64,000 nucleotides of DNA, from assembly GCA_964445695.1 (NCBI GenBank), contig CAYULF010000010.1, positions 57,821-121,820 of the forward strand. The letters run 5' to 3'. Positions 38,274 to 48,104 of the stretch are shown piece by piece. A program made the position numbers and the translations under genes. The stretch's first letter is position 1. Each line of letters opens with the position of its first letter. The notes beneath the pieces are model-generated. The model saw only the letters and a program-made list of their open reading frames with translations, was not told where the DNA came from and did no database searches. Source of the stretch: an uncultured Hyphomicrobiales bacterium. Lineage in GTDB: Bacteria > Bacteroidota > Ignavibacteria > Kapaibacteriales > UBA7675.

Positions 38274-40271
38274 GTGAGAGGAAATATGCTGGAAAGTTTA
38301 GGGCTTGTAGGCATAGTTGCGACTGCACTGTTTGTCTTTGGTATTGCCGTGTTCATCGTCAAGATGTACCGAAAGGTTGAACAGGGGAAAGCGTTAGTAA
38401 GAACCGGCTTGGGCGGAGTTAAAGTTGCATTTAATGGAATCATGGTTGTTCCCGCCATTCACAGAATGGAGCTGATGGACATCTCTGTTAAACGCATTGA
38501 AATCTCGCGCCTCGGCAAAGCCGGCCTTGTGTGTAAAGACAACATTCGTGCTGACATTAAGGTCGCTTTTTTTGTGCGGGTCAATCAGACAGTCGAGTCT
38601 GTTAGTCAGGTGGCCGGTTCGCTCGGCTGTGAACGCGCATCTTTGCAGGACGCATTGGTCGAACTCTTTGACGCCAAGTTCTCCGAAGCGCTTAAAACAG
38701 TCGGTAAGAAGTTTAACTTCGAAGAACTCTACGAAGCGCGCGTTGAATTCAAACGTGAAATGCTTGAAGTAATCGGCAGAGACCTCAACGGTTACGTTCT
38801 GGAAGATGCGGCGATCGATTACCTCGAACAGACGCCTTTAATGGAGCTTTCGCCCGACAACATTCTGGATGCGGACGGTATCAAGAAGATCACCGATCGC
38901 ACCGCCGCCGAAAACATGTTGACGAACAATATTCGGCGTGAAGAAGAAAAAGTCATCAAGAAACAGGACGTCGAAGCGCGCGAAGCCATCCTGCAGATGG
39001 AGCGTCAACTGGCCGAAACCGAACAGCGCCAGCAAAAGGAAATTGCCGCGATTACCGCGCGTGAACAGTCCGAAGCGCACCAGGTCGAGTATCAGGAAAT
39101 GTTAAAAGCCGAACAGGCCCGCATCCGCACGGAAGAAGAAGTGCGCGTCGCAGAACAAAACCGCGACCGCCAGGTGATTGTCGCCGAGCGCGCCAAACAA
39201 CGCACCGACGCCGTCGAGTCCGAACGCGTCGAAAAAGATCGCCTGCTCGAAAAAACCGAGAAGGAAAAGATCGTCAGCCTGGCCGAAATCGAAAAACAAC
39301 GCGCCGTTGAAGAAGAGCGCAAAAACATTCAGGAAGTCATCCGCCAGCGCGTGATGGTAGAAAAAGCCGTGGTCGAGGAAGAAGAGCGCATCAAAGACAC
39401 GCGCGCCAAAGCCGCTGCCGACCGCGAAAAACTCGTGGCCGTCACCAAAGCGCAGGAAGTCGCCGAAGAAGCCAAAATCAGCGAAGTCGTCGCCGCCGAA
39501 GCCGCGCGTGAAGCCGCGCGACTGAACGCCGAACGCAAAGTCATCGACGCGGACGCCGACAGAACAACCGCCGAAAAACGCGCCGAAGCGATGAAAACCA
39601 TTGCCGACGCCCGCGCCGAAGAAGAAGCCGTGCTCGGCCTCTCCGAGGTTCGCGTGATGGAAGCGCGCGCGCTGGCAATCGAAAAAGAAGGCGGCGCCGA
39701 GGCGCGCGTCATCGAACTCAAAGCCGGTTCGGAAGCCAAAGGTATACGCGAGAAAGCCGAAGCCATGAAGGAATTCGACGGCGTCGGTCGCGAACACGAA
39801 GAGTTTAAACTGCGCCTCAACAAAGAAAAAGAGGTCGAACTGGCCGGCATCAATATTAACAAAGACATCGCCCTGGCGCAGGCCGAAATCATCCGCGATG
39901 CGCTCAGCTCCGCCAAGATCGACATCATCGGCGGTGAAACGATGTTCTTTGAAAACATCGTCAACGCCGTATCACGCGGCAAAGCGCTCGACCGCATGGT
40001 CGACAACAGCAGCGTGCTGCAGGATCTGCGCAAAGGCATTCTGGGCGAGGGCGGCGGCAACATCGCCTCCGGAATCCGCGGCATCATGGATCGCCTGGGC
40101 GTCAACTGGGAAGATGTTAAAAACATCAGCGTTTCCGCTCTGCTGACGCAGTTGATGACGCGCGCCGACAGCGACACACACGCCATGCTCAGCGACTGGT
40201 TTAACACCGTCAAGGGTACGCCGCTGGCCGACCAGCAGGTCTCCAGCGTCATGTCGCGGCTGCGCTCCTGA
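38274..40271 (+). CDS. yqiK: Flotillin-family protein (YqiK/FloT-like: TM, SPFH domain, long EA-rich coiled coil, conserved C-terminal domain)
   Basis: 665 aa with the SPFH core, a ~250-aa charged heptad region (AEQ...REEE...) and a flotillin C-terminal block GGETMFFENIVNAVSRG. Confidence 0.85.
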   Translation: MRGNMLESLGLVGIVATALFVFGIAVFIVKMYRKVEQGKALVRTGLGGVKVAFNGIMVVPAIHRMELMDISVKRIEISRLGKAGLVCKDNIRADIKVAFFVRVNQTVESVSQVAGSLGCERASLQDALVELFDAKFSEALKTVGKKFNFEELYEARVEFKREMLEVIGRDLNGYVLEDAAIDYLEQTPLMELSPDNILDADGIKKITDRTAAENMLTNNIRREEEKVIKKQDVEAREAILQMERQLAETEQRQQKEIAAITAREQSEAHQVEYQEMLKAEQARIRTEEEVRVAEQNRDRQVIVAERAKQRTDAVESERVEKDRLLEKTEKEKIVSLAEIEKQRAVEEERKNIQEVIRQRVMVEKAVVEEEERIKDTRAKAAADREKLVAVTKAQEVAEEAKISEVVAAEAAREAARLNAERKVIDADADRTTAEKRAEAMKTIADARAEEEAVLGLSEVRVMEARALAIEKEGGAEARVIELKAGSEAKGIREKAEAMKEFDGVGREHEEFKLRLNKEKEVELAGININKDIALAQAEIIRDALSSAKIDIIGGETMFFENIVNAVSRGKALDRMVDNSSVLQDLRKGILGEGGGNIASGIRGIMDRLGVNWEDVKNISVSALLTQLMTRADSDTHAMLSDWFNTVKGTPLADQQVSSVMSRLRS

Positions 40272-40385
40272 TCCGCCAGTAAACAGACCGACGGACGCCG
40301 TCACGGCCACGCCTTAAACAGCAGACGGGCGGCGTCGATTCAACTCGAACACCGAATAAACTTAACAAGCTGAGCGTGCCTGGAT

Positions 40386-43300
40386 ATGGCGGATACGGAA
40401 ATACAACAGGAACAGGCAAAATCGAGTGCGGAAAAAGAGGCGGGATCAAATCGTCTTGACGAAGGCGCTTACGGCCTGATACGCGGGCGCATGCGGGCCG
40501 CCGCCGGCGAACTGCTGCGGGATCTGGATCACCTTAACAAAGAGCGCCGCGCCGTCTATGGCGCAGTCTCAACCGAACTGCTCGGCAGCGAACGCATCAG
40601 CACGATAAACAACTGCGTTCCGCGCGACATGACGCCGATCGGTTCGCGTTTTCTCTTCGGCTACAACGTACATATCGGCCTGCGCTCGGAGACGCGGCTG
40701 GAAGACGTCTTTGCCATGTACGAGTGGCGCGACGGTCATCTGGTGAGTTCAACGCTCGACAGCATCGACGACCCGCAGTTTAAACGCGAATTCGCCGAAC
40801 TGTACAAATACTACAAAAACACGGCCTTTGCCAAGTTTGCGCGTCGCGGCGTCTACCTCTACATGAAGTTTCGCATCGGCTCCAGCGTCGACGACTTCAA
40901 GGCGTTTAAGTGGCAGATCAACGACGACGGCACGTTGACCTATATCAATAACCGCGGCGACCTGGAGTTGCACTATCCGCCGCAACATGAATTTGAGTGG
41001 AAAAGGCTCGGACGCGACGCACAGCGAACTGCCGGCACTGACTACCTCTCGGTCAGCGAGAAGCTGTTTATCTCGATCGAAAATGCGGTGTTAACGTTCC
41101 GCGTTGAGGACAATACCGAGCAAGGCGCTACAATTGCCGGCGAGCCGGTGGCCGAAGCCGAGCAAAAGCTGGACGACATGTCCATTGAATTTGCCGAGCT
41201 CGAGCATTTGATAATTCTGCGAATCCGGCCTTATCGCGAAGAGAAACTGCGCTACTTCGTGTTCAACGGCAAGACGCAGGAACTTAAACGCGTGGACGGC
41301 CTGGCGGAGGCGGCTATCCTGTTGCCGGAGAACCACGGGCTGATTTTTCCGCGCGGCAGTTACTTAAACGACGGCACATTGCAGGAGCTGGACACGCGCC
41401 AGGCGGACATGTTGTTCGAGCGTCGTTATCCCGCGCCTAACGGCGAGGATTTCCTCTTTGTGTTTTACAACCGCGCCGACGGCGTCTACGTGCTTCTGCA
41501 GTACAATCTGATCGAGCAGGTGCTGGCGCCGCCCCTGGTCTGCAACGGGTTTTCAATTTTCGACGACGGGCGTCTGCTGTGTTTTCGCGTTGAAGAACTG
41601 GCACAGAAACACCACATGGTTCAGATCTGGCGCACGCCGTTCATGGTGGACATGCCGGTCGCAACAGAACAAAGCGATTCGCCACTGCTGAAAATCGGCA
41701 ACCGCGAAATCGTGCGCTGCATGGCAGAGTGTCACGAACTCTACGGCCTGACGCAGAAAGAAGAAATCTACGCCGATCTTTACCTCGACATCACGCGCAA
41801 AGGCGGAGACATACGCGACGCCTATTTCTGGCTGGAGCAGGTTGAAGCCGGCGCGATTATTAAACACATCGACGGAATCCGCTCCGCTGCCGAAGCCGCG
41901 ATCGACGAATACGACAAACTGCGCGCGGTCAAGGCCGACACAAGCCAGAAGTTTAACGAGTTCCGCAGCGAGGTGGAGGAATTTTTAACGACTTCGGCGG
42001 CGCAGCGCCCGGGGTCGATCGAAGAGTTTGTAGCCGCGCTGGCTCAGGTGCGCGCTCTGCGTGGGCGGGCCGCCGCCGTGGCGGAGTTGCCGCACTGCGA
42101 CGTCGAAGCCGTTGAACAACTGGACGCCGCCATCCGCGCACATGGCGAGGAACTGGCGCACGGCTGTGTTGAGTTTCTGCTGCGCGACGACGCGTTGGAC
42201 GGTTATCGCGCGCGCATCGAAGTGCTGGACGGTGAAACTGCACAGGCGCGGAAAGCTGCGGACCTGATCGAACCGCTGGCGTCGCTGGACCAGCTCTCGA
42301 CCGACCTCGAAATGTTAATCGACGTGGTTGTCAACCTGGACATCGAAGACAGCACGCAGAGCACGCGGATTGTAGAATCGATTTCCGCGCAGTTCACCGA
42401 CATCAACCGCGTGCGTGCGGGCATGCGCTCGCGGCGTTCGGATCTGGCGCGCGGCGAAGGCGAAGCCGAGTTCCGCGCGCAGCTGAATCTTATACAGCAG
42501 AGTCTGTTAAACTACCTGGAACTGGCCGATACGCCCGTCCGTTGCGACGAATTCACCACCAAGCTGCTGATCCAGATCGAAGAACTCGAAGCGCGCTTTG
42601 CCGACTTTGACGGTTTCCTGGATGAACTGGGTCTTAAACGCGACGACGTTTACAACGCTTTTGAACAGAAAAAAGTCGCGCTGACGGAAAAGTTAAACAA
42701 ACGCGCGCTGGCCTTGACGCGTTCGGCCGAGCGCATTCTGGGCGGCATCCGCGAACGCCTGTCCCGCTTCGGCAAAGCCGATGAAATTTTCGCCTGGTTT
42801 TCGACCGATCAGATGGTCGCCAAGGTACGCGACATCTCGCAGTCCCTGCGCGAGGAACTGGGCGACAGCACCCGCGCCGACGATCTCTGGACGCGTTTAA
42901 ACACATTGCGCGAAGATGCTCTGCGCAATCTCAAGGACGCCGATGAACTCTTCGTCGATGGTCCCGACCGCGTAAAATTCGGCCGCCAGATTTTTTCCGT
43001 TGTCAACGACAAACCGCATCTCAGCCTGGTTGTTCGCGATGACGAAGACTATTTTCACGTCGGCGGCACGCAGTACTTTCTACCCGTGCACGACGAGGAG
43101 TTAAACGCTCTGCGCGACGTCCGCGATCAGGAGATCGCCTTTGAGAACAACCATGTCTACCGTGCCGAGTACCTGGCTTTTGAAATCTGGGACGGCTACG
43201 GTGCGCCCGGGCTGCTTGAGGCGGTCGACGGCCGGGCTCTGGACGAGGCGTCGCTTTCATTTGTGCAGCACCACCTTAACAAGAAACCCTCGGATGCGTA

Positions 43301-45353
43301 CGTCAAGGGCGTGCACGACCACGATGCCGCCAAGATTCTGGCCGCCCTGTTAACCATTGAGTCGCAGGCGGGGCTGCTGGCCTGGCGCGACGCCGACCGC
43401 GCTTTGGCCTGGTGTTATCATGTGGACCGCGGCCGGGACGAATCATTGCAATCGCTCAACGAACAGATTGAAGCGATGCGCGTTGTGCGGACGCTCTACG
43501 AACTGCCGTACGAGTCCAGATATGTTGTGGACCGCCTGGAGCGCGAAATCGCGCGTTACTGCGACGACAGCGATTTTGCTCTCGACGCCGACACACACGC
43601 TGCGGCGGAATATCTGTTTAATGTTTTGACGCGCAATCAGGCGCGTGAAGGCGTCGAAGGTTTTGTGTTGAACGCGCGCGCGCGCGACATGGCCGCTGCG
43701 TTCCGCGAAGCGATGCGCGTCAGTCCCAAACCGCGCGCCTTTGAAGAATCGCTTCAGGGCCGCGAGTCCGCCGCGCTGCGTCTGCGCATCGCGCTGATCT
43801 GGTTGAATGCCCGTCGTGAAGGTCCGAACTCGGCGGCGAATGCCGTTGACGCGGCGCTTTTGTTAAGTGTGCCGGAAGGAATGGAATCGGCGTTCACCTT
43901 CGGCGAGCTGGAAACACGGGTAACCGTTGACGGTCTGCACGGCCGGCACGTGCGCGTGGAAAAGGGCGCGCTGCAACTGGATTATCACGGTTTTTTAACA
44001 TGCGTTGGCCGGTTTGCAACAAATGCAGCGCTGCGTTTTCAACAGTTGCAGGCGCGCAAACAGCATCTGCTGGAAGAGCACCGCCGTGTACTGCGTCTCG
44101 AAAAACTGCAGCCCGGCGTGCCGTCCTACTTTGTGCGTAACCGATTGCTGACGCGCGTCTACCTGCCGATGATCGGCGAAAACTTTGCACGTCAGATCGG
44201 AACCTCCGGGCGCGACACGCGCAGCGACCGCAGCGGCTTGCTGTTGTTAATCTCGCCGCCGGGCTACGGCAAAACGAGTTTGATCGAATACGTCGCCAAA
44301 CGCCTCGGCATGCTCTACGTCAAGGTCGACGGGCCGGCGCTGGGACACGACGTGACCTCGCTCGATCCGGCGACCGCGCCTAACTCCGCCGCGCGCTCCG
44401 AATTGATGAAGTTAAACCAGGCTTTTGCCCTGGGCGACAACGTCATGTTGTACATAGATGACATTCAACACTGCAACCCGGAGTTCCTGCAGAAGTTTAT
44501 TCCGCTCTGCGACGCACAGCGCCGCATAGAAGGCGTGTTTAACGGGGAGGCGCACAGCTTTGACCTGCGCGGTCGGCGTTTTGCCGTGGTTATGGCCGGC
44601 AATCCCTACACGGAAAGCGGCTCGGCATTTGTGATCCCCGACATGCTGGCCAACCGCGCCGACGTGTTTAACCTGGGCGACATCTCCACGGCCGAGCAGG
44701 AAGCCTTTGAGCTCTCCTTTGTTGAAAACTGTTTAACCTCCAATGCCACGACGCGGCGCATGGCATTGACGCATCGCGAGGACGTGCCTGCCTTTGTGCG
44801 CTGGGCGCGCAGCAAGTCGCGCGAAGGCCTCGAGTTCAAAGGCTCGTATTCATCCGCCGAGATGCAGGACATCGTGAATGTGATCGGCAAACTGATGCGC
44901 GTGCGCGATACCGTCCTGGCCGTCAACAACGCCTACATCCGCTCGGCGGCAACGGCCGAAGCCTACCGCACCGAGCCGCCTTTTCAGTTGCAGGGTTCCT
45001 ATCGCGACATGAATAAAATCGCCGCCAACGTGCTGGCCGCGATGACCGAGGAAGAGCTGGATAAACTCGTTGAAAATCACTACGTCAACGAAGCGCAGAC
45101 ATTGGCGGGCGACAGCGAAGCCAATCTGTTGAAATGGCGCGAAATTGTCGGCGTCATGACGGAACCTGAACGCAAGCGCTACGAAGATATCAAACGCCGC
45201 TTCGGCGACAATCAATTGTTCGGCGGAGCGGGCGACGGCGATCCGCTGCAGGAAACAATCAGGCAGATTAAACAACTCAATTCCGGCGTGCACGCCATCG
45301 CCCGTGCAATCAGCAATCACGCCGGCAACAAGGGCGGAAGTTTAAATGAGTGA
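40386..45353 (+). CDS. Giant (1655-aa) multidomain ATPase: N-terminal domain of unknown function, long alpha-helical middle region, C-terminal AAA-type P-loop domain (DUF3686-like, sometimes annotated as a DNA-repair ATPase)
   Basis: Walker A LLLLISPPGYGKTSLIEY (nt ~44238-44290), Walker B VMLYIDDIQH (nt ~44447), arginine-rich sensor region FAVVMAGNPYTESG. Family assignment is from memory and should be verified. Confidence 0.6.
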   Translation: MADTEIQQEQAKSSAEKEAGSNRLDEGAYGLIRGRMRAAAGELLRDLDHLNKERRAVYGAVSTELLGSERISTINNCVPRDMTPIGSRFLFGYNVHIGLRSETRLEDVFAMYEWRDGHLVSSTLDSIDDPQFKREFAELYKYYKNTAFAKFARRGVYLYMKFRIGSSVDDFKAFKWQINDDGTLTYINNRGDLELHYPPQHEFEWKRLGRDAQRTAGTDYLSVSEKLFISIENAVLTFRVEDNTEQGATIAGEPVAEAEQKLDDMSIEFAELEHLIILRIRPYREEKLRYFVFNGKTQELKRVDGLAEAAILLPENHGLIFPRGSYLNDGTLQELDTRQADMLFERRYPAPNGEDFLFVFYNRADGVYVLLQYNLIEQVLAPPLVCNGFSIFDDGRLLCFRVEELAQKHHMVQIWRTPFMVDMPVATEQSDSPLLKIGNREIVRCMAECHELYGLTQKEEIYADLYLDITRKGGDIRDAYFWLEQVEAGAIIKHIDGIRSAAEAAIDEYDKLRAVKADTSQKFNEFRSEVEEFLTTSAAQRPGSIEEFVAALAQVRALRGRAAAVAELPHCDVEAVEQLDAAIRAHGEELAHGCVEFLLRDDALDGYRARIEVLDGETAQARKAADLIEPLASLDQLSTDLEMLIDVVVNLDIEDSTQSTRIVESISAQFTDINRVRAGMRSRRSDLARGEGEAEFRAQLNLIQQSLLNYLELADTPVRCDEFTTKLLIQIEELEARFADFDGFLDELGLKRDDVYNAFEQKKVALTEKLNKRALALTRSAERILGGIRERLSRFGKADEIFAWFSTDQMVAKVRDISQSLREELGDSTRADDLWTRLNTLREDALRNLKDADELFVDGPDRVKFGRQIFSVVNDKPHLSLVVRDDEDYFHVGGTQYFLPVHDEELNALRDVRDQEIAFENNHVYRAEYLAFEIWDGYGAPGLLEAVDGRALDEASLSFVQHHLNKKPSDAYVKGVHDHDAAKILAALLTIESQAGLLAWRDADRALAWCYHVDRGRDESLQSLNEQIEAMRVVRTLYELPYESRYVVDRLEREIARYCDDSDFALDADTHAAAEYLFNVLTRNQAREGVEGFVLNARARDMAAAFREAMRVSPKPRAFEESLQGRESAALRLRIALIWLNARREGPNSAANAVDAALLLSVPEGMESAFTFGELETRVTVDGLHGRHVRVEKGALQLDYHGFLTCVGRFATNAALRFQQLQARKQHLLEEHRRVLRLEKLQPGVPSYFVRNRLLTRVYLPMIGENFARQIGTSGRDTRSDRSGLLLLISPPGYGKTSLIEYVAKRLGMLYVKVDGPALGHDVTSLDPATAPNSAARSELMKLNQAFALGDNVMLYIDDIQHCNPEFLQKFIPLCDAQRRIEGVFNGEAHSFDLRGRRFAVVMAGNPYTESGSAFVIPDMLANRADVFNLGDISTAEQEAFELSFVENCLTSNATTRRMALTHREDVPAFVRWARSKSREGLEFKGSYSSAEMQDIVNVIGKLMRVRDTVLAVNNAYIRSAATAEAYRTEPPFQLQGSYRDMNKIAANVLAAMTEEELDKLVENHYVNEAQTLAGDSEANLLKWREIVGVMTEPERKRYEDIKRRFGDNQLFGGAGDGDPLQETIRQIKQLNSGVHAIARAISNHAGNKGGSLNE

Positions 45354-46200
45354 TTTCAATCCCGTTGTTCGCGAACTGCATGTGTATCCGCTCAAATCGG
45401 CCGGCGGAATTGCAGTTGATCGCGCCGCGGTCGATATGCGCGGTCTGGAATTCGATCGGCGCTGGATGTTGGTCGACGCGGAGGGAATGTTTATCTCGCA
45501 GCGCGAATACGCGCGCATGGCGTTGTTAAACATGCGCCCGGCCGACGGCGGATTTGTGATTGAAGCGCCGTCCATGCCACCGCTGTTTATAGCCCACGAC
45601 CTGCCGATGAGCGACCGCCGTATGGTGCAGGTCTGGAGCAGCCGCCTGCGGGCCTGGACATATCCGGCCGCGGTGGACGAGTGGTTCACGCAGTTCCTCG
45701 GTGTCGAATGTCATTTAACTGCAATGCCGGACGACGGCAAACGCATCGCCAATCCGCGCAACACGCGCTCGATTACTCCGATTCGTTTTGTCGACGGTTA
45801 TCCGATTTTGCTGCTCTCGGACGCCTCGCTGGCCGATCTGAACAGTCGGCTTGCCACGCCTCTGCCTCACGACCGCTTTCGCGCAAACATGATCATTTCC
45901 GGCTGCGAGGCGTTTGCTGAAGACGGCTGGGACCGCTTTTCCATCGGCGACGTCGAGTTTGAAACCATCAAGCCATGCCCGCGCTGCGTCGTGACGACGA
46001 TCGATCAGCGCAATGCGCAGAAATCGGACGAGCCGCTGCGCACGCTGGCGTCCTACCGCAATCGCGGCGGCGCGGTGGAATTCGGTATGTACGCGCGGGC
46101 GCTCAACGCGGGGACCATAAACTGCGGGGCTGAAATTCTGCTTACATTGCGTCGGTCGGAAGCGGACAGCCAGGATCAAGATTCCCGGCCGACTACGTGA
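45346..46200 (+). CDS. MOSC-domain protein (YcbX/YiiM-like MoCo-sulfurase C-terminal beta-barrel)
   Basis: MOSC N-terminal beta-barrel plus core VDGYPILLLSDASLADLNSRL...RFRANMIISG...ETIKPCPRCVVTTIDQ. Start overlaps the giant ATPase stop by 8 nt. Confidence 0.75.
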   Translation: MSDFNPVVRELHVYPLKSAGGIAVDRAAVDMRGLEFDRRWMLVDAEGMFISQREYARMALLNMRPADGGFVIEAPSMPPLFIAHDLPMSDRRMVQVWSSRLRAWTYPAAVDEWFTQFLGVECHLTAMPDDGKRIANPRNTRSITPIRFVDGYPILLLSDASLADLNSRLATPLPHDRFRANMIISGCEAFAEDGWDRFSIGDVEFETIKPCPRCVVTTIDQRNAQKSDEPLRTLASYRNRGGAVEFGMYARALNAGTINCGAEILLTLRRSEADSQDQDSRPTT

Positions 46201-46210
46201 AACTACGTAA

Positions 46211-46244
46211 GAGCTGTGAGCCCTAAGGGCTCACAGCTCTTTTC
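46211..46244 (+). terminator. Rho-independent terminator (13-bp perfect stem gagctgtgagccc-taa-gggctcacagctc followed by a T-run)
   Basis: Perfect palindrome immediately after the MOSC gene stop. Confidence 0.8.
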
Positions 46245-46287
46245 CTGCGTTCCGATTCCTTCAGAACCCAATTCCCGAGAGAACCCC

Positions 46288-46536
46288 ATGGGCATCTTCT
46301 GGCTTCTGCTCATAGTCATCGTCGTACAGGGACTGTTGGCCCTGATCTCCACCCGCCTCGGCGCGCGCGAGTCGGCCGGCCTGCGCCTGGCCGTCAACGC
46401 GGCTCTCATGGGCATGTGTGCGGCGCTGTTTATCCTGGGCGGCGGCGGCCTGCTATTTCTCTTGATGGCTCTGGCTATCGGCCTGCTCATGTGGCGCGAG
46501 ATTGTTCGTCTGCGTGCTCCGCAGGATCGCCGGTGA
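46288..46536 (+). CDS. Small two-TM membrane protein (82 aa), hypothetical
   Basis: MGIFWLLLIVIVVQGLLALIS...MGMCAALFILGGGGLLFLLMALAIGLLMW is strongly hydrophobic with a basic C-terminus. Confidence 0.4.
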   Translation: MGIFWLLLIVIVVQGLLALISTRLGARESAGLRLAVNAALMGMCAALFILGGGGLLFLLMALAIGLLMWREIVRLRAPQDRR

Positions 46537-46592
46537 CGCCGTCTTCCCGGTCGGATGTTTTTATAACTCAGAATCATTGACTTCAGGACTCC

Positions 46593-47936
46593 ATGTTTCC
46601 ATCCAGACGCAGCGGCTTTTTTCTGTTTGCCGCCTCCTGTATCGGCCTGCTATTTTTTTGTTTGTCAACGGGAGCGAATGCTCAGAGCGACAGGGAAGTC
46701 ACCGCGGCGATGCGCGGTCTGCTGCGAACGCTCGACGGCGCGCCGGATCCAAACAACCCGGCGGCTTTCATTTTGGGTCTGCGTGACGAACAAGAGAATC
46801 TCAAGGGGTATGTTTTACGGGTAAACGGAGCGGGTATCGAGATAAACGGGCCGCTGGATTTTCTGCCGCTGCCGTACGGCGACAGTTTGCAGTATGTCTA
46901 CAAATACACCGAAATGGACATCACACGGGAGGTCGGGGCGGAAGTGCGCATGAAAGCCGGCGTCGACACCCTGCTGGATTGCAGCAGCCTCAGCAGCGTA
47001 TTCCTGACGAACGACGTTTCCACGGCGCGCAAACGGGGCAATCTTACGATCGACCATGCGGGCGCCGACAGCTCACTGATCCGGGAGGTCCGGGAATATC
47101 AAATGCGGTTCGGCGAAAACAAAATCGCGTGGTACAACGATTGCAGCACCCAACTGGAATATTGCGGCGCCAACGTCCTGACCGTCACCGCGCGATATAC
47201 CGGCGATACGGGCGGCAACCAGACGTATCGCGAGATAGAAGAATACAGCCTGCCGATCGGCCAGGTGATGAACAGCACAATCTCGGGTTGCGATGAATAT
47301 CTGAAGCCGGAGAACCTTGCTGTCGCCTCCACCGCGCCGCTGCGGCTGGAAGATTTTGTCGACTCAACCGAGCTGGCGCAGGTGCGCGCACGCGTCGTTG
47401 CCGATCTGGAGTACCGCCGCAAAAACGGCGTGGCCTCGGGTGATCTGGCGGAGTTTGATCGCATCGCCGTGGCATTCGATGCGTCCCTGCTGCCGACGGT
47501 GGAACGCCAGCAGACGCTGAACTGCATGGATCCCTGTACGGAGGACATTCAGACTGTGTCATGCCGCGTGGTGCGTTGGCTGGGGCGGATGTACGCAATT
47601 GCCGGGACGAACTGCTGGGGCAACTACCTCTGCACCGGCGGAATTCCGTATCGATTTGAAACGCTCGTGGGCGCGGTGGGCGATGAATCCGATGCGCGCA
47701 GCATGCCTTTTGACCCGGCCGATCTGCTTGCCGCGGGAATCGTGGATGCGGCGCTCAGTGCGGACGGCAGCCTGGCGCTGTTTGTGCACGAAAAGGGGCT
47801 GGCGGTCTACGACGTCGCTGCGCAGCGACTGCTCTGGCAGTTGCCTTTTGATCCGCAAAAAACGCGGATCGTGATGGTCAAAAGCGTTGGCGGCGACAAT
47901 ATGAAACGACTATTGGACGTTTTGGCGGACGACTGA
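46593..47936 (+). CDS. Secreted hypothetical protein (447 aa) with signal peptide
   Basis: Leader MFPSRRSGFFLFAASCIGLLFFCLSTGANAQ, followed by a long ORF with coding-like codon usage and several Cys pairs. Confidence 0.5.
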   Translation: MFPSRRSGFFLFAASCIGLLFFCLSTGANAQSDREVTAAMRGLLRTLDGAPDPNNPAAFILGLRDEQENLKGYVLRVNGAGIEINGPLDFLPLPYGDSLQYVYKYTEMDITREVGAEVRMKAGVDTLLDCSSLSSVFLTNDVSTARKRGNLTIDHAGADSSLIREVREYQMRFGENKIAWYNDCSTQLEYCGANVLTVTARYTGDTGGNQTYREIEEYSLPIGQVMNSTISGCDEYLKPENLAVASTAPLRLEDFVDSTELAQVRARVVADLEYRRKNGVASGDLAEFDRIAVAFDASLLPTVERQQTLNCMDPCTEDIQTVSCRVVRWLGRMYAIAGTNCWGNYLCTGGIPYRFETLVGAVGDESDARSMPFDPADLLAAGIVDAALSADGSLALFVHEKGLAVYDVAAQRLLWQLPFDPQKTRIVMVKSVGGDNMKRLLDVLADD

Positions 47937-48104
47937 CAAGCGGGCGTCGACCGGACGCGTAGTCACCGAAATTGTTGATGCCCCTGTCAAAGCCGCTGCG
48001 GCCCAAATCCGACGAGCGGCGGCGCTGTGACGCCGTCCGGGCCTTTCCATTCGGCCTGCCATGTTTTCAAGTCGTAATCCGACTTACGCTGAAAAACCCG
48101 CGCT

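Noticed and set aside
47937-48104. Fluoride (crcB) riboswitch upstream of the putative antiporters
   Set aside because: No match to the conserved GGnGAUGG...ACCGCC...GAUGAUnCC core in either 5' region.
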